Assembly: GCA_051294375.1 (NCBI GenBank)
Contig: CM119263.1
Span: forward strand, 23,969,964 to 24,033,963
Length of the DNA stretch: 64,000 nucleotides
Reading direction: 5' to 3'
Source: Paraspadella gotoi
Taxonomy: Eukaryota > Animalia > Chaetognatha
In this document: positions 1-13,329 of the stretch, piece by piece
How the letters are laid out: every line of letters starts with the position of its first letter
How positions within the stretch are numbered: position 1 is the first letter of the stretch
Program-made: the position numbers and the translations under genes
The notes under the pieces: generated by a model
Database searches by the model: none
What the model was told of the DNA's origin: nothing
Seen by the model: the letters and a program-made list of their open reading frames with translations, nothing else

Positions 1-264
1 AAAGATGGAAATGAAGAAGAAGCGAGAGATAAACCGGAAGCGGGTGAACGGACCGCGATGTTGTCATGCGAGACGATGACCCGCACGAGGGTCAGCGACG
101 CCCTCGGACGCGTAACCATGGCGACAGCGGAGAAAGTGGGACAAAACGGAGAGAACTGGACCCAAGAATTTCCTGGCCGCCTAAACCATAACCATTTGAC
201 TTTTTCTGTTTATTTTTTTTTATCCTGAAAATGCGCGGAGTAAAATTTTTTTAAAATAGGCTAT

Positions 265-527
265 TGTGGCAGCCTTGAACAGTGACCTCTCAAGCTAACA
301 ACTGACAGAGATTCTCTCTCTCTCTCTCTCTCTCTCCTCTCTTTCCCTCACCAATGGGGTTTCACGACTTATCTTTTGTTTACCATGTCTGAACCATGTC
401 CTCATGTTTGTTCTTTTCTTGTAAAAGTGGACCAGAACGTAGTATTGATTTTGATTATGCTTTTCACTTTTGAGAGAATAAATCATTCTCTGTCTCAACC
501 TTTGTGTCGTCTCATCCTCCTGCCACA
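265..527 (+). repeat. 5' LTR of element 1
   Basis: Begins TGTGGCAG and ends CTGCCACA (8-bp terminal inverted repeat); contains a (CT)n tract and AATAAA; homologous to 6212-6494. Confidence 0.9.
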
Positions 528-529
528 CG

Positions 530-546
530 TGGTGAATGCCCAACGT
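530..546 (+). promoter_or_regulatory. Primer-binding site, tRNA-Trp-like
   Basis: TGGTGAATGCCCAACGT starts 2 nt after the LTR end and resembles the tRNA-Trp PBS TGGTGACCCCGACGT. Confidence 0.65.
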
Positions 547-689
547 ATTAAAAAACACAAAAAAAGAACAAAAAAAACAAAAAAACAAAAAAAACAAAAA
601 ACAAAACTTTTCTCGTTAATAAATAAAAATAAAAAATAAAAGAACAAACTAAACGAGAAGAAGAACTAAACCAAACTTGAACCCTTGGC

Positions 690-1850
690 TTCGAAAGGCA
701 ACTGGCTTTTTCGTCCATCGCCCTTCTACCCCGGCTGACGAAGAAGAAGGACGATGGTTTCAAACGCCGCAACAGCTCCAGGCCGGACGGCGCCGGCACG
801 ACGACGCCTTTCAAGACGCCAACCTGCCGCCAAACGACCGTAACTCTGGAATTCTAGCCGAAGCAGTCGCCGCCGATCCAAAAGACAGATTCAGTGACAA
901 TGGCGCGCGAGAATAACGCCGCCTCCAAATGATTCAAGTCTCACCATCCCTGACCTCCCGCCCCATAATCATAGCGATGACGCCGGCGACACTTCTCGAC
1001 CCAGAAGACGCCGTCCCCCACGCCCCAGAACACCAAAACTACGAACTTTCGATCCCGACAACGTGAAGAATGGATAATGGCGGCGGGATACCGCTTTTCG
1101 AAATGTGGGCCGACGTCCAAGATGACCCGCACAAAAAAGGTGCATGCTCTCGCGCGATCCCAACGGACGCCACGACATCTCGACTGGAAATCGCAAGACA
1201 AGTCTCCGCGAGCCTATTGGCCCGCCTTCACGGCCCACCTTTCAAAGGCATTTATGGCGACGCAAACCTCAACGCGCCGCGAAGCCTGCTCAAGATGTCG
1301 TTCGCTCAGGGGAAACACTCCTCTCCAACACCTCGCCGCCTTGAAACCCAGGGCACAAGGCCTCACGGTTGACGCGTCCTCGAGCCCTTGTTGGTCGCCT
1401 CCTTCCAATTCTGTTCGCGACCACGTCTTGGAGATGAAACCATCTTGATGACGTCGCAAAAACGGCAACAACTCTATACTCCAGCTGGAAATCTCCGCAA
1501 CCCGACCGTCAAGCGCCTCAGTCAATGCAATAGCCACCCACGTTCTCCTCTGAAAGCTGTGATGATGACGCCTATGATCCCCCAGAGGAATTTTCAGACG
1601 GGACGAACGCCACCACGCCTATATGATGCCAACGCGGTCAAGAGAACTTTTTCACGAACCTCCATTGCCGGCCTCAGGAACCAACAACACACGACATCAG
1701 CACACGACCTCAAAGAACCCAACGCTACGACTTTCGTTGAAAACATCCACTCCCTCAAGGCGGAAACAAGATGCTGTTTCTATCACTAACTACGGCAGAA
1801 GGCTCAACAGAAATTTTACCGATGGGCCCCCTTTGCCCTATGGCGGTCAA
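690..1850 (+). pseudogene. gag: gag of element 1 (frameshifted; start approximate)
   Basis: GC-rich overlapping ORF fragments upstream of the protease, ending in a CFYH-NYG... knuckle-like segment at ~1775-1845. Confidence 0.65.
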
Positions 1851-1889
1851 ACACCAACGCGGCGGCCGTTAGTCGCCCGCCGTCGCCGG

Positions 1890-4750
1890 CCATACTACTC
1901 AAATCTCTTTTACCTGCGCGACCAGAACGCCGGCTGTGGGTGGCTTGTTGACGGCGGCCTCCGAAGCAACCTCTTACCTGCACAAATTGGATCGCGCAAA
2001 AGGCAGCAGCTGACCCAGCTGCCGTCAAAGCTGCACTCGCCCGCTCATTTTCCTACCCTCCACGCCCGCTAACAACACGCCTATCATGGTCTATGTGGCA
2101 TCCAAGAGATGCAAATCCGTCTCGGCACTCGAACTTACCTTACCATGTTGCTCCCGCCGACTTCGCCACGCCCATCTAGGAGCCGACTTTCTAATCGCCA
2201 ACATCACTCGGAGTTGGACCATCGGCGCCGCATCCTTTACTAAATTCTCGATGACTTTTACGTCATGCGGGCATGCAGGAAAATCCACTTCAGCCACACC
2301 TCCTCGAATTCACCACGGTCCGCGACGCCTTACTCTTCCCTCCTTGACAAGCCGTTCCAGAGTTGACTAAACTCGTTTTCAACGCAACGACCACCCAAAC
2401 ACGGAGTGGAACACCAAATTCCAACAAAAAGGCCCCACAACCCGTCCACGCTCGCGCCAGGCGCCTTTGCACCAGATCAACTCGCTGCACCAAAAAGTGA
2501 GTTCCAGAAAATGAAGAGCTCGGTTATAATTCCGCCGCTCCACATCCGCCTGGGCATCTCCTCTCCACGTTACCCGTAAACCAGACGGCTCCTTACGCCC
2601 TGGAGATACAGGCGCCTCAACGGCGCTACCATCGATGACCGCTACCCTATTTCGCCACTTGATGGATTTCAACGCAGACGTTGCAGGGAAAACGGTTCTT
2701 TTCAAAATTGATCTCTGCAGAGGCGATACACCAAATCCCTGTGGCAAAAGCAGACCGCCACAAAATGCCAATATCACTCCATTTGGCGACTGTATGAATT
2801 CTATCATGCCATCGTCTCAAAAACGCTGCACAAGATTTTTTCAGCGCCATGATGGACAGGTCCTGGGAGGATCCCTCATGTGTCTTGTCTATCTAGATGA
2901 CCTCCTCGTTCGCTTCAAGTTCCCACGAGGAACACCAAGAGGACCTCAGGCGCGTTTTCAATGCCCTGGCGACAATGGACTTGTAGTTAACCGCCGCCAA
3001 GTGCGAAGTGCCGTCTTTGGAGCGCTCAAGTCTGAATTTCTCGGTTAATCATGTCGACCAAAATGGGATTAAACCCCTACAGCAAAAAGTTGAAGCTATT
3101 CGGAACATGCCCACACCTTCCTCATCAAAGGAACTGCCAGCCGCTCTTTGGCTATGACTAAACTATTACCGTCCTTTGTCCCCAACGCCGTCGACACCTT
3201 GCTGCCACTCAACGAACTCCTTCAGGGCAAGCGCCGCACGGTTTCGTTGGACAACAACGCAAGAAGAAGCATTCACTCGCATTTCAAAGACGCTCTGGCT
3301 GATGCCACTTTGCTTGTCCATCCAATATTATTGGTGCCCACTTGCGCTGACGGGTCGACGGCACAGTCAGACGTCCGCAATTTGGCGCCGTCCTGGAACA
3401 ACTGTAGACGCCTCTGGCAACCTGCTAGGTTTCTACTCCAGGGAGGACTAAAACCGGTCGCAGCGTAAATGGCCCCCTTGACAAAAGAACTTTTCGCGCG
3501 CAGCAGCTCCATCCGTCATTTCCGGCTTACGTTGGAAGGGCGCCGTTTTACGACTTTTTACAGGCATCACTTTCGACTCGTCCCGGCCCTCCGCCAAAAA
3601 ATCGGAGCCACATACAATGCGACAAACCTACCAACTGGCGGGCATCGCCGAGTTACTGGCCGACATCAGCCATTTAGCCGCGAAAGGCCAACGTTGTTCG
3701 ACACCCTTTCTCGGCCGCCAGGTTCACTCCCTCACCAAACTCCAGATCCGTTCAAACGAACAAAACGACAACCGCGCAAAGGATGACATCATTGAACTGT
3801 CAACGCGATCGGCGCCCTCAGCGTCAATCTAAATTCAATGCACTGATCAATGAATTCAGACGAGGATGTTCCAGCCAGCCTCGCAACGATCCTCACACAG
3901 CGCTCAACCAAACGCATCAACATAGGTCAGGCCTCGCTTCGGTCTGCCGACTACCTCTGGAACCCGCGCAAGACCCTTGTCCCTGCAACGTGGCGCAGGC
4001 GATGTTTTTGACGCCACCCACAATGTTGGACATCCCGGAATAAAAGCACAAAGAGCTAATCTCCAAGAGATTCGTGGCGATCCGTTTCAAGTGACGTGGA
4101 CGCTGGGCGGCCGCATGCGACCACAGCCAGCGCGGGCAAAGATTCAAAAACACAATCCGCCGCCCCTCTCCAACAGTTTCGAACGCAACCCGCCGCATTC
4201 GCGCCGTCCACGTCGACCTCGTATGGCCCCCTTCACCAGCTTCCGGTCACACTCACCTTCTCACGATAATCGACCGTTTCACGCGCTTGGCCGGAAGTGG
4301 CGCCACTCGCGAAACGACGGCCGCATCAATTGCTAATGCTTTTCTCCTTCACTGGGTGGCCCGTTTTGCATCCCTCTATCGTCACCACGGATCGAGGAGC
4401 CGCAGTGTCACGTCAGAGCTTTGGCCCAAGTAGCAGCTGTTAGGTGGGATTCGACCCCACTACAACAACTGGCCGTACCACCCCCAGGCCAATGGCATGG
4501 TGGAGCCCTCCACCGCACAATGAAAGCGTCACTCCCGCACGATGCGACGCAGTGGAGTGAAAAACTGGCTTAAACAAACTCCCCTGACACTTTCTTAGCA
4601 ATACCGCCCGCCACACCTCGTGACGACGCCGATATTTTCTGCCAAGCAGAAATTGGCAGCTCGGAAAAGACCACTAACACTAACCCGCTGGCTCAATATA
4701 CTTCCCCGGGTTTTCCCGCGGCACGTACTGATAGCGTCCTCAAGGTCTGA
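1890..4750 (+). pseudogene. pol: pol of element 1: protease, RT, RNase H, integrase (frameshifted)
   Basis: FYLRDQ..WLVDGG (PR); WASPLHV..KPDG, FKIDL, ITPFG, VYLDDLLV (RT, ~2890); IRHFRLTLEGRRFT (RNase H); VFDATHNVGHPGIK and a TTDRG-like core (IN, ~4380). Confidence 0.9.
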
Positions 4751-6199
4751 CGCTACACTATAGTGCCGATCAAGCACGCCAGCGCGCGTAAATCCTTGAG
4801 ACTGGCGTGCCGACGTCTAACTGGACTCAGCGCCGCTCCCCGCCCGTCTTAGCCACCGCCCGGTTCGCCCGCCAACTAACCAGTCCCAAATCCTACCTCA
4901 CGCGCTTCCCGGGCGGTTCTCACGTTCGAAACCCATGTAAAAGAAATAGAAGGGAAATATTCATTTTTTATACAAATTATGCATAAATAAGCGCTAAAAA
5001 ATCTTGACAATAAAATAATTAGGAAAAAAAGTTATAGCAAAAAAAAAAGATTAAATTTAAGTTAATAAAATGCGCAGCAGGAATACAAAGCGGCATTTAC
5101 AGTAGGATTTTTCTCGTTTTGTAACATTTCGTGAACAGATACTATTCAACTGTTAAATTAAAAAAGATTAAGTGATAGTCGGTTTAAAGTCTCGGTCTGG
5201 CATTTTATATGATATATAATTCAACATACTTGTTAATGAGTCTTGCTTTATTTAGCTGATTGTCTATTAAGAGATCAAATTTGAAACCTCGAATACAAGT
5301 TTTCTCATGATTAAAAGAAGGTCTACTCTAGCTCTCTTACTAAATTAAAGCGACCAATAATAAACTCCACTCGCACTATAGGTTCGGTACCATACCGCAA
5401 CGATGTTCTTCAGAGCGATTCACTCAGGCATTTAATTCCTCTCTTTAAAATGAGAAAAAATCCTTATAGTTAATTTTCAAATATAAAAATTACCAACTGA
5501 AAGCTAAAAAATGTAAATCTAAGCGTTATTAAAAAACTTGTAAGCCATTAATCATATTATTGTCGGAGATTGCACGAGAAACAAAACTGAACCGTATATG
5601 TTCGATCATACTCTGACGCCTATATATCATGTGCACAGGTCACTAGACAAACATGTTACTTAATCCGCAAATTATACAATACGTATAAGACCACCACCAC
5701 TCGCCGGGTCCGATGTTCGATTATTCGTCCCTTGTTTTTATTTTCTGTTGTGAATTAATGAAACGCTAAATATGTCACACAAGCATAACTCCTCCGAATA
5801 AACCAATTTCAACCATCACGAAAAGGAGCTCAGGTACGATAGCGCGCCCACTCGAGTGTACAGCAGTTTCTGCAGAAACTAACACCCCCATTTTGTCTCG
5901 TAATACTCGAGATCTCAGCTCGACATTCGGATGGCCCTAAATATGTCAAAAAACCGTATCGTAGTAGACCTATCAGCCAGCCCGACGATCACTCACTTGA
6001 CTGTCAATAGGAAATAAACATTTATAAGTCCGTATATACCCTGAACACGTTACGAATCGTGCAGCGCCAAATACAAAAAGAGGCCGATATAACACATAAA
6101 TGCTCATCCAAACATCCCTTCCCACTCGATGCTCACCCACCCGACGACGACAGATGGATCAACAACTCTCCATAGCCTTCTCTCGCTGCGGTCGAGTCT

Positions 6200-6211
6200 A
6201 AGCGGGGCGGA
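6200..6211 (+). promoter_or_regulatory. Polypurine tract of element 1
   Basis: AAGCGGGGCGGA lies immediately 5' of the 3' LTR; imperfect. Confidence 0.55.
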
Positions 6212-6494
6212 TGTGTGCAGCCCTTGCAACACCGTGACCTTCAATTCAACAACTTGACACAGGATTCTCTCTCCTCTCTCTCTCTCTCCTCTCTCTTCGC
6301 CTTCACCACATGCGGTTTCACGACTTATCTGTTGTTTTACCACTGTCCTGAACTGTCTCATGTTTGTTTCCTTTGTCTTGTTAAACTAGTGACCAGACGT
6401 AGTATTGATTGATTGCTTTTCCACCCTTCTCCTCTGAGAGAATAAATCCTTCTCTGTCTCTCAACCTTGTGTCGTTATCACATCTCCTGCCACA
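6212..6494 (+). repeat. 3' LTR of element 1
   Basis: TGTGTGCAGCC...CTCCTGCCACA; colinear with 265-527, differing mainly by small indels. Confidence 0.9.
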
Positions 6495-9046
6495 GTATAT
6501 TTGCTTAATCCATAAAACTTCTTTACATCCGAACCCCCCAAAAAACTCCCCGGAAAAAAAACAGTCCATTTCTACTTAGATCAATCACTTCGGGAGTCTG
6601 CCGGGAAACCAAAGAGAAACTATAAAAAACGATTGTAAAACTGTTAATCTCCGAATTCCGCGGTGAAAAAGGTGCCGTAAAAGAGGAGAGAGAGATGAGA
6701 GAGAGCCAGAGAGGGGAGAAGAGAGAGAGAGAGAGAGACGAGAGAGACGAGAGTGAGAGAGAGAAGAGAACGCACGCGAGAGAGAGAGAAGAGAGCGAGA
6801 GCCGACGAGAGAAGAGAAGAGAGAGAGGCAGAGCATGGAATTCTAAAATCCGACGAACGGAATTGAAGGGAAGAATTCTTTCCGCTGAAAACTCACCAAA
6901 AGACTGTTTTTAACGCTTTGAATGTTTTTCTGCCTCTTTTCCTATTTCCTTATTTCTTCCTTTCCTTTCTTCCTTCTTTTCCTTTTTTCCTTTTTTTTTC
7001 TTTTTTTCTTTTCTTTCTTCGGATACTTCATGGTTGTACCAATTTCATAGATACGCTATGGATACAACCGCGTCAAATTTTTTATAAATTAACAAAGTGA
7101 ACGAAAAACAGTTCATCTAAAATTAAATTGTTTTCACCAGTTCAGTCCGGATTCAGGTGGAAGTGATTTGAATCGGGTTACCTTTACAATTTTTAAGAGG
7201 ACCGTCTACACACGACATTCCAATGATGTAGACGTGAAAATTCGCAGAAAACTGCCGGAAATTGTATTGCTTCTCAAATTTGGGGGCCCCGTCATCTTCC
7301 AAGATTTTCATCATCGCAGTTTGGTTACGTCTAAGGGTTTATGTTTTATCAGCAACAAAGATGGCCGGAAATGAACGTTTTTGGACAATGCATGAAAATT
7401 TCACCGCTGACCATGGTGGGGTTGGATGATGCGATGCTTATCGAAAGGAACATGGCCGGTGGGTATATATTTGAAAGTTATCTTGGCCTCGACGAGCCGT
7501 TCTGGACTGGCCAATGAAGACGGACGAAGCGGGGCGAAAATGGACGAAAAAACGGAGCGCAAGCGACGAATTACGCCGGAGGAAAAACGGAAAAGTGAAT
7601 CAACCATCTCAGCCACAACGAAACCTTTTTTATATCTGACGCACGTACGAGGACTTTCGTCATTAAGAATGTGAGGGAGACGTTTGGCCGGGAAAATAAG
7701 ACTAGTGGGTGCCAGGGGTGAAGCTGGGGGGGGAGCTTACGGGGTTGATGGTAGGCCAAGGAGCGGCGGGACGGAGTGAGGGGAGGGGTGGGAGGAAGGA
7801 GGAGGGGACGCGTTTTGTGGTTATCGTTGTTTCTCGGTGGATTTAAAATTCAAGGATTATGGTTCGCGGGTTAAGGCAGGTCGAGAATGAAGAGAAAGGG
7901 AAAGCAGGGAGGGGGGGGGGAGATAGAAGACAGTGATTCTCCGCGTGATCGAGGCCAGTAGGTTTTAATATAGTCACCGTTCTCATACGGTGAAGAGAGA
8001 GAAGCTAAAGTTTGCGGCGTAGATGACGTGGTTGTCCGAGGAATAGTCTTGATCTGAACCCAGACGTCGGAACAATGAGTTGTTATGTCTGGTAGTCGGA
8101 GGAGGACGAAAGATAGGGCGAGAGAGGAGCGGAGTTTGGTGGGCGTTGGCGGTTCCCAGGATCTCGAAGGCGTGCGGGAGCGTTGCTAGGCAACGCGTTC
8201 GTCTCGATGGTCGTGGTCTCCGGGACCGAGTTGCTTTTCCAAGGGCTTCGTCGTGCGAGGCGGCGTCTCTAGGCGGAGGCGACTGGGGCGGCAGAAATAA
8301 TAGTGAAGGAGGAGAAGGATGAGGTAGGCGATAGAGAGTATCTCTTTGGCCTCATCACGATCGACCGGTTTCGTCTTCTCTGGGAAAGAGGAGAGAGAAG
8401 ATAAACACGTCTATATGCTTTCTTCGTCTCTTCTCTTTGATCTCGTCACGAATTCCTGTCTCTCTCGTATCGTACACCACGTAGATAGCGATACGGAGCT
8501 TAGACAGTCCGAGTATACTTCTCTCTCTGGGGATAAGAAAGACTCTTCTCGGCTCCAATTCATCTCTTGTTCGTTCTCTCTAATTCCCCTGCTCTTCTCT
8601 CCTTCGTCTCGTCCTCTCTCTTTGTATCTTTCCCTTTCTTGGGGAGAAAGCGCCGATACATGTATCTATGCAGGCTGCGCGAAGGGCTATCTAGTCCGCG
8701 TCTGGCAAAAAACGTAACGCGCTAAGGATGATAGCGATTCGTTGTTCGTGTGTTGTTCGTCGTTGATATGTTTGTTGTCGTCGTGTTTTTTCCGCCCTGT
8801 CCTGCGTGAACGATTTTGCCAGTTCGTTAACGTCGTCGTCGTCATCTATTCATTGCTCCTGGTAATTTTACTTCACCCCTGATCATCGCTCTTCATCATA
8901 TTCGTTAATGTCATCTAGTCTCTTTTTCTTTTCTGCTTCTCGCTTCGCCCTAATCAATTTTATAGCTGTGGTGATATAAAAATGTAGTAATAGCAGCAGC
9001 AATAGCTGTTCATTACATACCTAACTATAAATTAGATTGATGGTTT

Positions 9047-9611
9047 TGTAGATGTGACCAACAAGAGCGTCAACCGGAAGTGGCGATGTCGTTCGCGTTG
9101 GCCGCTCGTGGCGTCTAGATTGTTTATTTTGGCTTGGGTAAAAAGTTTATTTAAACCAACTTGCTTGTTCGCTTGTAAAATGGTACCTTAATAAATAATC
9201 AAAGCATATAGATATTCAAATGCTTATGCCAGCAAGCAATCGAAATATCTATATTAATACGATAACAATAATTAATTAATTAATTAATTAAACGATTACC
9301 ATCAAATAAACATTACAAGAAAAAAAGGGAAAATTAATAACAAGTATGTGAGTCTGTTAATTTTTCCTCTAAACAATTTAAAGTGGTTTCTAAGCTTGAT
9401 GAAATAATAATGAATTATGTTCAATGGAATCAGCTGGTAGTTGAAAATAAAATGCTCTTTTGTTTGATTGATAACAAAAGGTCAATTTGGTATATGGAGA
9501 GAATTTATATAAAGGTTTATATAAGTGAAATCAATATCATCCAAACAACACGAGCGGCCACGAGATGTCGGAATCGACCATGAATGCGAGGACCCCGAGT
9601 TCAATTCCACA
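9047..9611 (-). repeat. 3' LTR of element 2
   Basis: TGTAGATGTGACC...TCAATTCCACA; matches 14410-14976; contains a (TTAA)n tract. Confidence 0.93.
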
Positions 9612-9620
9612 TCCCCCCCA
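9612..9620 (-). promoter_or_regulatory. Polypurine tract of element 2
   Basis: The plus-strand C-run abutting the LTR is a G-run on the minus strand. Confidence 0.7.
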
Positions 9621-10019
9621 GACGGAAATAATAGGTATTTACATATACGGAACGGTTGGGCTCATTAGCAGGAAGAATAAAACTGTGTTGTTATGTATAC
9701 GAACAATATATTGTATTAACTATTCGGAATATCTATAAAAGTTTATGTTGTACTTGCACTTATGTTAAAATTTGTTAGTAAGTGACGCAAAACGGAGTTG
9801 TAATTTGGACGTAATGAGCTATTTACAGTTTTGTGGGAAAGTTTTCGATTGTCAGTTGCGAGAATTTCTCCGGAAGTGGGCGGGGTTGACGCTGAAATTT
9901 ATAGGAGGCGTCAATACTGGGCCTGATTCCATCACCGGTGACGGAGCGGCGCACCAACGGGAGAGTTGGGTTAAATTCATCATTTTGCTCGGCGGCCTTG
10001 GTCGTTACCGAAAGGTGGC

Positions 10020-13000
10020 GCTGAAAACTCTGGCGAGTCATTGAGCGGGTCGCATATGCATCTAGGGATTGCCGCATCATTGACACTACCCACGTTGCTT
10101 CTTCAACCGGGGCTAAAGTCTCTTGGCGGCGGCGTCGATTTCTGAGCGAGTGACGCGAGTAGTAGGCGCGGGGGGGTCGCGTACGCGATCCTGGGCGTCG
10201 CCCCGAGGGCGGAGGGAAGGAGGAGGTTGAAATGCTCGCTCCTTCGTCGTTTTCGTCTGCCAAATCTTTGCCGGCTTTGATCGAGAGATGGCGACCGTTT
10301 CTACGCCGCGACCGGGATCTCGATTTGAAGTTCAAATTGTCTCGGGAGATTACCCGGTAGGGACCTTGATATGGTGCAGACAGCAGTGGTTTTGACGCCA
10401 GGACGTTGTACAAGACATGGGTGGCATCGACTAGAGTGTCAGGAAGGTAAATTTGGGGCGTCCGATGCGTTGACGTTTCTGTTGGCTGGAGTCGTTCGAC
10501 CTTCCAGTCGAAGGTTGTTTCGGAGGAGCGGCGTGCATTTCTGGAGTTCGCTGTCGCCTGGAGGTGGAGGCAGCAAGTCGCCAGGGACGGTCAATACCTT
10601 CCCAAAGACCAAATCAGCGGGTGATGCACTGATGTCTGGTTTGATTGTTGTACGAATTGCCAAAACGGCGGATGGCAGGCGCAGAACCATTGGTGTGGCT
10701 CCTCAGTCCCAAGGCAATCAACGCCTCTTTGAGGCGGCGTGGAAACGTTCCACGAGTCCGTTGGCCTGAGGATGATACGCCGCCGTTTGGTGGTGACGAA
10801 TTCCCCAGCTCTGCGCAAGTTGGTCCACGTTGCTGAGTTGAACTGAGAGCCGCGGTCGGTGGTGATGTCAGATGGCACGCCAAAGGTGGCGATCACCCGT
10901 GGACGTAAGGTGTCGACCACGGTAGTTGCGGGACATGTCCTCATTGGCAAGGCTGCAGCATGCCTATGAGAATCATCTACCACAGTTAGGAGGAAACTGT
11001 AGCCGTTTGATGCGGGCATGTACTTGATGTCGACATTTAAATGTTGAAAACGCCGTGCGGGTACTTCGAATTCTCCAATATTGGGAGTGACATGCCTCGT
11101 ACTTTGGTTGATGGCATTGGAGACACTCTCGCGCCCAGCGGGTTGTGTCGGCGCGGAGGGAGGGCCAGACAAACTTTGATGCAATTGTTTCTCTTGTTCC
11201 TGGCAATGCCTGGATGGCCCAGCCATGGACGACGTCAAAAATGCGGCGGCGCCAAGCTTCCGGTACAAAAGGTTCGCGCGGGGCCATTGGAGACGTCGAC
11301 AAGTAGATCTTTGATTGCCGAGCCTCACTTTCGGAAACTGAGGCCTGTGCGGGCGTCTTGAGATAGCTGTTGAAAGTCTCGATCCAGGGCCTGATGACGC
11401 GCCATCTCTTCCAGATCGATGCCCTCGAAGTGATCGCATTGATGGTGTCGTCGAGGCGTTGACCTTGTCAGCGGGGACTGTCGATCGATAGCTGCGATTG
11501 CTGGAGGCGGTTTGGTCTTGAAGAGGGCGTCAGCCACAACGTTTGCCTTTCCACGCACGTGGCGGATATCCGTCGTGAACTCGGAAAATTACGACAATTG
11601 AAAATTGTGCCCGAGTTGTTTGTGGCTCCGCGCGCTTGTGGAGGGCGTGGATGAGCGATTTGTGGTCCGGTATAAAGGGTAACGACCGTACCTTCAAGCC
11701 AATGTCGGAAAAATGGCGAACTCACGGAAAGCTCCATACAATTCGGCGGTCGAAGGGGCGGCCAGCGCCGCTGCGCCTCATCCAACTTGCTGAGAAAAAG
11801 GCGAGTGGTTCCCAACGTCGCGCTTCTTGCTCCAAGACTGCCCCAACGGCAATGTCGGAGGCGTCGGTTGTCAGAGCTAGCTGGGCGTTTCGTTCGGGGA
11901 TGACGGAGCAGCGCCGCGTTGGCTAAGCCTCCTTGACGGCTTCAAACGCAGTCGCGCACTTGCTTGTCCACTCCAGCTTCTTTGGCTTTCCAGCGAGGGC
12001 GTCATAAAGCGCCGCGGCGTGGTGAGCGGCCTTTGCAGGAACGGCGGGTAATAGTTAACCATGCCGAGGAATCTCTGAAGCTCTGTTGATCGTAGTCGGC
12101 GGGTTGTGGCGCGAATCGCTTCCACTTTGGAAAGGGAGAGGTTTGACGCCGTTTCGTCGACGAGATAGCCGAGAAATCCAATGATTTTTTGCGAGGATGC
12201 ACTTTTGCGATTCACTACGAGGCCGTTTTCTGCGAGAGCCTTGAAGAACTTCTCAAGATCCTCGACGTGCTGCTCTTCACTCTCGCTGGCGACGAGGATA
12301 TCGTCGAGGTAGACATAGGTATGAGGGATGTCTCCAAGGATGGCATCCATCATCCTCTGAAAGTCTTGGCCGGCGTTCTTGAGTCCGAACGGCGTCCTCA
12401 AGAACACAAACAGGCCAAAGGGCGTGATGACGGCTGTTTTTAGCAACGTCCTCGTCTGCGACCGGTACTGATGATAGCCTTTTAGCAAATCGATTTTGGA
12501 GAAGATCTTTTTTCGGCAAGTTCGGCGTTAAATCCGCCAGGAACTTTTGACGGATACTTGTCCTCTATAGTCATCGAATTGAGGCGTTCGAAAATCGCCG
12601 CACACTCGCCATCCTCCATCAGACTTGGGGACGCAGAGGATGGAGAAGACCAGAGCTTTTAGCTCTTTTGCAATCCCATCGCCACCATCTTGTCCACTCC
12701 GCTTTCGCCACTGCCAGTTTATCTGGAGGTAGTCGACGTGCTCGTGCTGGCAGGTCGCCGAAGGTTGGGATGTGATGTCGAACCACCGTGTTTCGGCTCC
12801 TTGAGCTCGAAACTTGGCGTCGAAAGCGTTGGGAATTGGTCGAGAACTGATTAGTAGACATCTTGCTTCTGGTCAGCGAAATTTACGTGCGAGGGCGTTG
12901 AGCCACGGGAAACCGCGCAAGGGATCGTTGAGTAATCCTCAAATCCAGGAGGAGGCCATCGCGATGTTTGGGGCAAGGAGTACTCTGCGAGAAAGTCGGC

Positions 13001-13260
13001 GCCGAGAATATTTTGAGTACGTCTGCTATAAGGACGTCGAATGGAAAAAATCCGTGGCCGAGCGTTATTCGCTTATGAGCAACCCCGTAGCATGCAATTG
13101 GACTGCCGTTTTGCTGCCTGAAGTTGAGCGCCTGTGGTCCCGCTCTCTCTGCTTCTGGCGTGGGTGGGATGAGGGAGAGAAGCGCTCCTCCATCTACCAG
13201 CCAGTGACGCCCATTCGCTAGCGTCGACGACATGCAGAGATATGCGTCGGGTGAGTCGAA
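10020..13260 (-). pseudogene. pol: pol of element 2: protease, RT, RNase H, integrase with GPY/F tail (frameshifted)
   Basis: HWLVDGGALLSLIPP (PR); KGYHQ, KTAVITPFGLF, PFGLKNAGQDFQRMMD, VYLDDILVAS (RT); TTDASDIAVGAVLEQ, GKANVVADAL (RH); TFGVPSDITTDRGSQF (IN); APYQGPYRVISR. Confidence 0.95.
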
Positions 13261-13329
13261 ATTTGCAGCGGGCAACGGCGTTCACCGGCGCTGCCCCGCC
13301 GGTCCGTTTTCCCGAAGATGAATTCTTCT

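Larger units (their letters stand above)
265..6494 (+). mobile_element. Ty3/Gypsy LTR retrotransposon 1 (CsRn1/Kabuki-like), near full length, frameshifted
   Basis: Direct repeats at 265-527 and 6212-6494; PBS after the 5' LTR; purine-rich tract before the 3' LTR; domain order gag-PR-RT-RH-IN; flanks ctat/gtat; empty site in the paralogous copy near 21530. Confidence 0.93.

Noticed and set aside
9575-9611. tRNA/B-box-like GAGTTCAATTC at the end of the element 2 LTR
   Set aside because: No cloverleaf or correctly spaced A-box; it is just the LTR terminus.
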